Assembly (NCBI GenBank): GCA_963675525.2
Contig: CAXXSL010000018.1
Coordinates: 51,396 to 115,395 of the forward strand
Direction of reading: 5' to 3'
From: Anaerohalosphaeraceae bacterium
Lineage (GTDB): Bacteria > Planctomycetota > Phycisphaerae > Sedimentisphaerales > Anaerohalosphaeraceae
DNA: 64,000 nt
Shown here one piece after another: positions 51,929 through 60,111 of the stretch. Position 1 is the stretch's first letter. Every line of letters begins with the position of its first letter. The notes beneath the pieces are model-generated. The model was not told the DNA's origin. It was given only the letters and a program-made list of their open reading frames with translations, and did no database searches. The position numbers were made by a program, and so were the translations under genes.

Positions 51929-54900
51929 TCAGAGGTCGACTTTTCGAGTTTCGTCGAATGTGTCAAAAGCAAGTCTGGAACTGGCAATGTTAATGTCAGG
52001 TTCGATCTCTAAATTGTTTGCTTTAATGACGAATTTTCCCTGGTTAAAATTGATCTTGGCGGAGAATGAATTGTCATCTGACACAAAGAAATCTGTGTGT
52101 CGGGAGATTTTCTTTATTGAGCCGTGGCATGTATTCAAATTCCATTGAAAAGTTATGCTGTCTAGGCGAGAAGCTTCTGACTCAAGAGAAAAGTTTCCAT
52201 TTAGCAGTATTTTGCCGGTGATGCTATCGGCCTTCGACGTAAGCCTGACCTGACCAAGCAACATGGAATCCCGAACTCCATTCATTAATTCAACAGGAGC
52301 ATTTTTTTTCTTGTTGACAATTGATTCTTGAAGTTGTCCCACATATGTTTGATCGCCGCAATGAATTGTCAGATAGAAAGGACAGCTTATCCCCGTAAGA
52401 TCTATATTGTTTATACTTAGCCGAAACAGATTTCTTTTTGAGTCCAGACGGAGGATTTGCGTACTGTTTCCCGTTGAAGTCGCAATGATTTTCTTGGCCC
52501 AATATATCTGTCCATTAACAGACGCGGATGAATTCTCAAAAATCGTCTGAAGGACACATTCATTCTGATTTGACCAGATTTTCACGTCGATACTTTCTGC
52601 GGCATTTATCACACTTTCCGTCAGAGGCATGACTCCAACCAGACCGATAGAATCAGAATTGATTTTCCTGCCTGCTTTTAAAGAGCATTTAGTAATCTGG
52701 AGATCATTCACATATTCCCCCTTGACAAACACACCGAATTGATCCGTTTTTCCTTCCATCTCTGCTGTAACTTCTATGTGTTGAAAGATATCGACTTCGC
52801 CGATATTTAAATTTCCCGCAGTGTCGATAAGGCCTGAGTCAGAATCAATATTCCACAAAATGTCATCTTGTTCGGAAACATCCAACGTGACCCTATCTTT
52901 ATAATAGCCGGTACATTTCAACTGTAGAAAATTATTTTCTACAATTTTCTTTGGGCCGTTAATTTTGATGAATTGAAGATCTGGCATATAACTGGAATAG
53001 GAAGAAATGTCGGAGTTTAGGTAATCCTCTGCAAGTCCGACTCCTTCAGAAAAGCCGATAATCGAGGACGATTCAGAGTTATCAAGCCATGAAAGACGGA
53101 TTTTTCCATTGTAAAACAATTCTGCCTGACACGTATGATAAATATTACGGTTAAATTCCGGTACATTATTCCATGTTATTGCGATTCGATCTTCCAGCAT
53201 TTTCCATAAAACATCTCCTCCTGCACTGGGGTTCAGGTCATTAAATAATACCGCAATACGAACGTTTTCAAAGTGATTTAGTAATGTGGCTCGGTATTCT
53301 TGGTCTGGACGATTAAATGTGATATAACCATTACTGCCGACATATAATCGGGAGTATTCGATACCAAAAAGTTTTACTGATCGGTCAGCCAAATCGATTT
53401 GTTGGAAGTCATCATCTCCCAATTTGAGACGTTTCCCACCCTTCAAAGATGTCGGTAATGATAGAATGTCTTGTGACACCGCCTGATAGGATCCGGTTTC
53501 ATCAGGAACAAATAAGACGGACTTGTTTGACAGATCAAAGTTGTTATTGGCTTCGTTGAAGGCCTCCGTATAATAATCGATACGTTCATCAGTAATGGTG
53601 AAATTGCTACTCAAATGGGAAAGAACACCGTCTTCGATGAGAATAGAATAATCAGTGCCGTATATCAGATGTGCCGGGATGCTCCATGAATAATTACCTG
53701 TGTTTGAAATATTTTCGGCAATTGCTTCTTCAATCTGTCCGTCTTTAAGCAAATACAGATTTACGATTGAATTTGCACCGATTGCTGACCAATTAATTGT
53801 ATAAGTAAAACCAGTAACCCACAGGGAGTTATTTCTTGGAGATAAAAAATTAAACCCATTTTCTGCTGTTAATGCGTAAGATGAATTTAAACGGCGTCCC
53901 GATAAGGTGATGTCTTGCAGTGCCTGAATACTGTCACCCGTCCAGACGAGCCGGCTCTTAAGTTCCAATAACGTCATATTTGGATTTAAGGATAATAGTA
54001 GAGCCGCAACACCGGAGACATGAGGTGTTGCCATGGATGTGCCGCTATACCAGTTATATCCCCCCGGAACAGTACTTAAAATTCTGACCCCGGGAGCTGA
54101 AATATCCACACTTTGTTTACCATAACAAGAAAAACTCGCTATATCATCCCTATCATCTGTTGCGGCAACCGAGATAATATTTGAACAGGTGTAGCTTGAA
54201 GGATAATGAGGATGAAGATCATTATTTGTTGCGGAGTTTCCCGCCGCTGCAACGAATAATACGCCTTGTTCTTCTGCGTTTTCAATAGCAGCCTTTAATG
54301 CTGTAGAATAACCTCCCCCCCCCCAGCTATTGTTAAGAATCTTGGCTTTGTTGGCAACCGCATAGTTAATGGCTTCAATGGCATCTGTGACAGTTCCGGA
54401 TCCTCCGGCGTCCAAAAATCGGCACGGCATGATACTACAACGCCAGTTTATACCGGCGATTCCAATATTATTGTTGCCTTCGGCCGCAATGATTCCGGCA
54501 CAATGTGTACCATGCCCGTTTTCATCGAATGGATCGTTGTCATTCTGTGAAAAATCATAACCGAATCTATCGTCAATATATCCGTTATTATCATCGTCCA
54601 AACCATTATCAGGAATCTCATCCGTGTTGACCCAGATTTGATTAGTTAAATCTGGATGAGTATAATCGATCCCCGAATCAATCACGGCAACAATTATATC
54701 CGATGAGCCGGTTGTGCTTTCCCATGCTTCCAGGATGTCAATATCACTATCAATTGTACCATCTGTTTGACCATAATTATAGAGCCCCCAAAGATGGCCC
54801 AAGTAAGGATCGTTAGGGATTTCTAAGGCATAAACATGATAGTTGGGTTCAACACGTAAAATGCGAGGGTCCTTTGTGCTCCAATTCTCCAACAGGGCCT

Positions 54901-55273
54901 CATCAACGGTTTTGCCTTCTTCGAGCTTGATTCGGACCATTGATTTATTGCTGTTTGCTAAGAGAATTGTTCTCAGAATTTTCCCTCGAATTCCTCTTTT
55001 TCGAATAGAATAATCACTGAAACTTTTAGGATCAATGTGATCTTTTAGAAGAACTAGAACCTCATCGTTCACATATGTCTCTTGTAGGCCGAGAGGAGGG
55101 GTTTGAAAGGATGCTGCTTCATTGAGTTCTGACGCTTCTACTGGTATCGAACACAATATTATAGGACCGAACAATAGAAACAGGGCAAAAAAACTATTAA
55201 CCACAGAATTATCACATTCTCTGGAGCTAAGCCATCTTCGCCTTTTTCCAATATGCCTCGTCCTAATTTCCAT
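51929..55273 (-). CDS. S8 subtilisin-family serine protease, multidomain
   Basis: Triad motifs VAVIDSG, HGTHCAG, GTSMATP, oxyanion AAAGN; prodomain; GSNGYITF..DLNP NIDO-like part. Start uncertain (55273 or 55318). Confidence 0.92.
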   Translation of the reverse strand: MEIRTRHIGKRRRWLSSRECDNSVVNSFFALFLLFGPIILCSIPVEASELNEAASFQTPPLGLQETYVNDEVLVLLKDHIDPKSFSDYSIRKRGIRGKILRTILLANSNKSMVRIKLEEGKTVDEALLENWSTKDPRILRVEPNYHVYALEIPNDPYLGHLWGLYNYGQTDGTIDSDIDILEAWESTTGSSDIIVAVIDSGIDYTHPDLTNQIWVNTDEIPDNGLDDDNNGYIDDRFGYDFSQNDNDPFDENGHGTHCAGIIAAEGNNNIGIAGINWRCSIMPCRFLDAGGSGTVTDAIEAINYAVANKAKILNNSWGGGGYSTALKAAIENAEEQGVLFVAAAGNSATNNDLHPHYPSSYTCSNIISVAATDDRDDIASFSCYGKQSVDISAPGVRILSTVPGGYNWYSGTSMATPHVSGVAALLLSLNPNMTLLELKSRLVWTGDSIQALQDITLSGRRLNSSYALTAENGFNFLSPRNNSLWVTGFTYTINWSAIGANSIVNLYLLKDGQIEEAIAENISNTGNYSWSIPAHLIYGTDYSILIEDGVLSHLSSNFTITDERIDYYTEAFNEANNNFDLSNKSVLFVPDETGSYQAVSQDILSLPTSLKGGKRLKLGDDDFQQIDLADRSVKLFGIEYSRLYVGSNGYITFNRPDQEYRATLLNHFENVRIAVLFNDLNPSAGGDVLWKMLEDRIAITWNNVPEFNRNIYHTCQAELFYNGKIRLSWLDNSESSSIIGFSEGVGLAEDYLNSDISSYSSYMPDLQFIKINGPKKIVENNFLQLKCTGYYKDRVTLDVSEQDDILWNIDSDSGLIDTAGNLNIGEVDIFQHIEVTAEMEGKTDQFGVFVKGEYVNDLQITKCSLKAGRKINSDSIGLVGVMPLTESVINAAESIDVKIWSNQNECVLQTIFENSSASVNGQIYWAKKIIATSTGNSTQILRLDSKRNLFRLSINNIDLTGISCPFYLTIHCGDQTYVGQLQESIVNKKKNAPVELMNGVRDSMLLGQVRLTSKADSITGKILLNGNFSLESEASRLDSITFQWNLNTCHGSIKKISRHTDFFVSDDNSFSAKINFNQGKFVIKANNLEIEPDINIASSRLAFDTFDETRKVDL

Positions 55274-55390
55274 GTATAAAATATAATAACTAAATACGTA
55301 AACAATGGAGTTCTGCAAAGCATAGAATTACCCAGATAAAAAAATCTGTCGCTCTAATCGATACAGATGATATAACCAACAAAATGAGCT

Positions 55391-55570
55391 TGAACCGCCG
55401 ACTTTGATGCTGAACCACCGACACACGGATTTTCAGTCTGAAATCACGCTTGTAAGTAGTTGAAAAATAAAGAATTATAACCCTAAATCGGGCCTCAGTA
55501 AGCAAACCGAAGGTTGCCCGGAAGCCTCCCGAGAGTCAAAGGGGGAGTGCTGGTGCAAATTTTGGTGCAA
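55391..55570 (-). mobile_element. tRNA-Phe(GAA) 3' fragment / att-like scar with IHF-like and arm-like sites
   Basis: Minus strand 55438-55412 reads GACTGAAAATCCGTGTGTCGGTGGTTC (anticodon loop to T-loop); T-arm piece duplicated at 55391; TAAGTAGTTGAAA at 55453 (12/13 IHF); TGGTGCAA with 12-bp period at 55551 and 55563. Confidence 0.7.
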
Positions 55571-55591
55571 CAGACTGGTTCATGTAATCTG

Positions 55592-55635
55592 TGGTCTGCT
55601 CCCCAAAAACTGTACCATTTAAAGTGAGAGTATAA
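55592..55635 (+). mobile_element. Possible orphan IS3-family terminal inverted repeat
   Basis: TGGTCTGCTCCCCAAAAACTGTACCA resembles TG-starting IS3-type ends; no transposase follows. Confidence 0.35.
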
Positions 55636-55902
55636 TCGATGAATTTGGTATACTATTAACACTGAATTCAGGAGTCTTTGTAATAAATCGATATTGGAGA
55701 AGCCGAAAAAGTATTGTATCCAAAACTCTAGTATCAGTAATTGTCAAATCCTCATTTTCCTCTTTCCAGGTAGTTGTGGTCATCCCATCTTTCCAACATC
55801 ATGATAGTTGCAATAACTTTCAACCGGAACGATTTTATTCTATTTAATAAAAAGCAGTTACGGAAGAATAATAATTGTACCCTAGGTGATACCTGTCTCG
55901 TG

Positions 55903-56802
55903 TTATTTCAGCCATGATGGGGTTTCCGGCAGACACGCCGAAAATTCTTCTTTCCTCTGATCTTGGTACGGTCCGGCATACTGACCGGCTAAAAACTTTT
56001 CGAAAGCTTCCTCGTAGAAGCGTTTCCAGCTCTCGGCTTCGCACCCCGGATTGATTGGGTAATAAAGCGTGTTGTTGGTCTCGGCGGCTTTCTGATCGCC
56101 CAAGGCATCACCCATCATCAGGATATTTTTCGGATCGTACTTGTGCGTCATGACCGCTAAGTGTTCGGTTTTTGAGCCCATTTCCTGGCCGGCAATAAGG
56201 CTGGTGTACTTGGCGACATCATGCTCGGCCCATTCCCGCAGCAATGCCTCGACGGGGGTTGACGAGCAGACCAGGATATCCGCATGCTCGGTGATCTTTT
56301 CAAAACTTTCTCGGGCATAGGGAAATGGCGGAATATTCCTGACAATTTCAGCTATCATTTCGTTGACGCGAATGCTCCATGTCAGAGCTGTTTGCAGTTG
56401 TTCTTTGGCCGGCCCTTCTGCTTTGTCGATGGCCAGCCGGAGACCCGCATCACTGAGGAGCGATTTAGGGTCATTGACCCACTCAACATAATGCGGAAAT
56501 TGGGGAACCTTAAACCTGCGTTCCTTGACCATTGGATGACTTGGCAACAGTTCGGTTAAAATGCGTGCAATCGTGATGTGCCGATTGGCGCCGCGGGTTT
56601 GGCTGAACAAATCGGCGAACTCTTTGCACTCCCGTGCCGCCTGGGCAACAGGCTGCAAACCAAAATAGGCAATCATCATTGGACAAAAACATTCACGCTG
56701 CTTGATACCCATCGCGTCAAATACACAACCATCGGAGTCAATCGCGACAAGGTAATCCTTTGTTGGTTCCATCGCCTGCAACTGTTTTGTGTAGTCAGAC
56801 AT
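55903..56802 (-). CDS. HAD-superfamily hydrolase
   Basis: IDSDGCVFD motif I, CSST motif II, GSK motif III, MMGDALGD motif IV. Confidence 0.88.
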   Translation of the reverse strand: MSDYTKQLQAMEPTKDYLVAIDSDGCVFDAMGIKQRECFCPMMIAYFGLQPVAQAARECKEFADLFSQTRGANRHITIARILTELLPSHPMVKERRFKVPQFPHYVEWVNDPKSLLSDAGLRLAIDKAEGPAKEQLQTALTWSIRVNEMIAEIVRNIPPFPYARESFEKITEHADILVCSSTPVEALLREWAEHDVAKYTSLIAGQEMGSKTEHLAVMTHKYDPKNILMMGDALGDQKAAETNNTLYYPINPGCEAESWKRFYEEAFEKFLAGQYAGPYQDQRKEEFSACLPETPSWLK

Positions 56803-56854
56803 TGTATCCTCAATTATGGTAGCAGGTTATTCCTGTGGCAGGTTCATCATCATG

Positions 56855-58564
56855 CTATTTATTGCCATATATTATTTTAGCCGCCTGCCCCAGTGTACGC
56901 TGGTCGCAGCCATAGGTGCAGATAACGGTCTGGTATTCAGGTCTGACGGTAAGCGGGAACGGATTGTTCGTCACGACGATAACCGGCTTTCCTGTTTCCA
57001 TCATTTCATTGACAAATGTCTTGTCGCTTACGTGACGCCTGTCGTGATAGTTGGTCATAACGATCACATCCGCCTCATGAAGTCTCTTCTTTATCCTTTC
57101 ACGGTCGTTTTCCGTAAATGTCATTTCGCATTCCACCTGAGCGACATTGTCGGACTGCTCAAGCATTTTCTTCCAGAAGATCGAGGGATGAAGCCACATG
57201 CTGTTGGTCCAGCGATGCATCGGATGCACCTGCTCCAACAGTAGAACTTTCGTATCTTTTTTCAGCGGTAGCAGATTGGCTTCGTCCTTCAGCGTCACTA
57301 CGATGTGTTCGGCTGCATTCTGAATACTGGCCACAAGTTGCGGATCATTAAAGGCATCCGCCGCGTGCTCCGGATCTTTGATGCCCACGGGCGATGAATC
57401 GTCAAAGAAGCCGTAATCGTATTTCACGCCCAATACACGACGGTTTGCATCTTCGATGCGTTCAAGCGGAAGACGCCCGTCTTCAACTGCCTTAACGAGT
57501 CCTTCAAAAACGTCGTCCACGATCTGCCCCTCATCACGAATCAAAAGAAGGTCGGTGCCTGCATTTAAAGCCATGATGCAGGCGTCCACAAGTTCAAAGC
57601 GGGAAATAATACCGCCCATGCCCATGGCATCGGTGGTGATGGCGCCTTCGAAGCCCATTTCTTCCTTGAGAATACCGGTCAATATGGGCTTGGACAAGGT
57701 TGCCGGCACATCAGCGGAATCGAGTTGAGGATACTTGGTGTGTGCCGTCATCACGGCCGGTAATCCCTGCTCAATCAGAGCACGGTACGGCTTGAGATGT
57801 TGTTCCATTTCCTTACGAGAGAGGTTGATCACCGGAAGCCCCGCATGCGCGTCCTGGGCGCAGTCGCCGCGGCCGGGAAAATGTTTGCCGGTTGCGATAA
57901 TGCCTGCGTCCTTCCATCCTTTCAGTGCCTGTGAAGCATATTCGATCACCTTGTCAGGATTATCTCCGAACGACCGGGTGTTGATCTCCGGATTCATTGG
58001 ATTTGTATTTACGTCAAGAACAAGAGAATGCGACCATGAAAGCCCCATCGCCGCATACTGGCGACCGACCGCATTATATACATCGTAAACGATCTGAGGA
58101 TCGCCTGTCCCGGCCTGTCCCCAGGCATGAGGCGTTTGATGAACGCCATAGTAAAAATCGGCGTTGTCGTTTCCTTCATGATCGAAGGTAATATGGAGAG
58201 GTGTGCCAAGACTGCTATTCAACGCTTCGGCTTTTAGACGGTTGAGAAGCGCGCAATAGTCTGCTGGGGTGCAGAAAGGCACGGGGATATCTTTAATAAA
58301 ATCCTTTGTTGTTCCCTTCGGAGTACGCAGCATGCGATGGGCAAACTCCGGCGGGGTGCAGCCCGGATCATGAATTGCATTTCGCGTGCGCCAGACAAGT
58401 CCCACACGAAGTCCGGCGGGATAATAAGAGCGGATTCTGCGAAGGATTTCCGGCGTTATCAGCGTGCCGACGTAACCGAGAACCAGGCACTGACCGACCT
58501 TCTGTTCAATGGACATCGATTTATTTTTTGACAATAGGAAAGCGTCTTTTGTTGCGCCTGTCAT
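56855..58564 (-). CDS. GH3 NagZ-like beta-N-acetylhexosaminidase/phosphorylase, cytoplasmic
   Basis: DHEG, NPEINTRSFG, KHFPGRGDCAQDAH, MTAH, TDAMGM; no signal peptide. Confidence 0.88.
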   Translation of the reverse strand: MTGATKDAFLLSKNKSMSIEQKVGQCLVLGYVGTLITPEILRRIRSYYPAGLRVGLVWRTRNAIHDPGCTPPEFAHRMLRTPKGTTKDFIKDIPVPFCTPADYCALLNRLKAEALNSSLGTPLHITFDHEGNDNADFYYGVHQTPHAWGQAGTGDPQIVYDVYNAVGRQYAAMGLSWSHSLVLDVNTNPMNPEINTRSFGDNPDKVIEYASQALKGWKDAGIIATGKHFPGRGDCAQDAHAGLPVINLSRKEMEQHLKPYRALIEQGLPAVMTAHTKYPQLDSADVPATLSKPILTGILKEEMGFEGAITTDAMGMGGIISRFELVDACIMALNAGTDLLLIRDEGQIVDDVFEGLVKAVEDGRLPLERIEDANRRVLGVKYDYGFFDDSSPVGIKDPEHAADAFNDPQLVASIQNAAEHIVVTLKDEANLLPLKKDTKVLLLEQVHPMHRWTNSMWLHPSIFWKKMLEQSDNVAQVECEMTFTENDRERIKKRLHEADVIVMTNYHDRRHVSDKTFVNEMMETGKPVIVVTNNPFPLTVRPEYQTVICTYGCDQRTLGQAAKIIYGNK

Positions 58565-58658
58565 TTTAGCACCTTTCTTTATTAAATATTTTATGAAAAC
58601 AAATTAGCTGTCATTTTCTCAGGATAGAGCTATACAAAACGCTTCTTTAAAAGCAGTA

Positions 58659-58677
58659 TTTACTAATATTTAGTAAA
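58659..58677. promoter_or_regulatory. Candidate LacI-family operator
   Basis: TTTACTAA-TAT-TTAGTAAA perfect 8-bp inverted repeat; weaker copy GTTAGTAA-AAT-TTAATAAA at 58808-58826. Confidence 0.55.
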
Positions 58678-58888
58678 AAATATATCCAAGACTGTCTTCG
58701 CTGTCAAGAAAGTTTTGTGGTAGAAAAGTGGAAATGTAGAAATAGCTTAACAAAAATGCCTTTGTGTTTAATGTGTCTCAAAAGTTTTTTTTTGTAGATT
58801 GCCGTGCGTTAGTAAAATTTAATAAATTAATATTGAATTTTCGTCCGGATTCAGCTAATATCCCAAATATCAGAAAGGTTTTCATGTT

Positions 58889-59941
58889 ATGAGTATAGCA
58901 AAAGTAGCAAAGATTGCGGGTGTTTCCAGCACAACCGTTTCATTTATCATTAATAATAAGCCAGGGATATCGCCGGCCACAGTCTCAAGGGTGAAAGCGG
59001 CAATGCGGGAAATTGGTTATGTGCCCAAGTCCTCCAGGACCCGGAACGACTCCCATGGGGAATTGGCCGGTTTACGTACAGGCAATATTGGTGTCGTGAT
59101 GGGAGAGAATGCCATTAGCACCCTTCCATTTTATGCAAAGTTGTTTGAGTCGATTCATATTGTTCTCGACGAGAAGAACTTGACAATCGTTCCTGTGAGA
59201 ATGTCAAAGCAAGGGCCGATTAGCAATGCATCTGTTGAAGATTTGGATGGCATTATATTATGTTCTTACAGTAAGGAATTAGCTAAAAATCTATTAATGC
59301 CATTCATTAGCGTCCTAGGCCATCCGGCCACGGAAGACAGGTTGGATGCGGACCATATTGAGCCGGCAGATGACCGAATTGGTGCCATGGCGGCGAAGTA
59401 CTTGATTAACCGTGGCCATAAAAATATTTTGGCGGTCAACCCTGCCGCCAGTTTCCATCCGGCTTTTACAACTCGCGTTCACAGTTTTTTTAATACCGCC
59501 CAAAAGCGTGGTGTTGAGGTAGACTTAAAAGAAGTTCCTTTCATTGAAAGGGACGAAACTTCTCGCTTGAATGATGGCAATGAGATTGAATCTGTTCAGA
59601 AATTTATTGCTGAATACAAAGCGATGCCTAATAAAGCAACAGGACTCTTTATTCCAAGCGATTCTCATCTTGTGGTTATCCAGAAGAGTTTTCAGTCTGC
59701 CGGGATCAAGCCCGGCCAGGATGTTGAATTACTAGGCTGCAATAATGAGATTCTTCTTGGCGCTCTGGAGGTTCGTCCTGCAACGATTGATATTAATCCG
59801 ATGGAGATTGCAAAAGCGGCTGTCAATGTTTTGCTGCAGCGTATCAGTGAGTATGAAATTGAAGAAAAAGTGCCATTTTATGTAGTGAATATTGAGCCTA
59901 CGATTATTGAAGCTGGCGCTGGGGTTAAAGCGTCGTGGTAA
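58889..59941 (+). CDS. LacI-family transcriptional regulator
   Basis: SIAKVAKIAGVSSTTVSFIIN HTH; RVKAAMREIGY; periplasmic-binding-type core. Confidence 0.93.
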   Translation: MSIAKVAKIAGVSSTTVSFIINNKPGISPATVSRVKAAMREIGYVPKSSRTRNDSHGELAGLRTGNIGVVMGENAISTLPFYAKLFESIHIVLDEKNLTIVPVRMSKQGPISNASVEDLDGIILCSYSKELAKNLLMPFISVLGHPATEDRLDADHIEPADDRIGAMAAKYLINRGHKNILAVNPAASFHPAFTTRVHSFFNTAQKRGVEVDLKEVPFIERDETSRLNDGNEIESVQKFIAEYKAMPNKATGLFIPSDSHLVVIQKSFQSAGIKPGQDVELLGCNNEILLGALEVRPATIDINPMEIAKAAVNVLLQRISEYEIEEKVPFYVVNIEPTIIEAGAGVKASW

Positions 59942-60111
59942 GTTCTTTGTTGTTATTATAGAGATTCTAACCGATGCTCTGGCTGAGGCCCGAAAGCTTG
60001 TGGGCGGTATCAGGATCGAAGAGGTCTCTCAAAGCATGAAACGAGACGATTAATAGCGGTACCGAATGGTAAAACTCGAAATAGGGTATTGATATAAAAA
60101 AGGAATTTGCG

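Noticed and set aside
55391..55445. Intact tRNA-Phe gene
   Set aside because: Only anticodon loop to T-loop is present; no D-arm, acceptor stem or pairing 5' anticodon stem.
59960..60055. Riboswitch or structured RNA between LacI and SSS
   Set aside because: Only short stems and no known consensus; it reads equally well as a coding remnant (DALAEARKLVGGIRIEEVSQSM).
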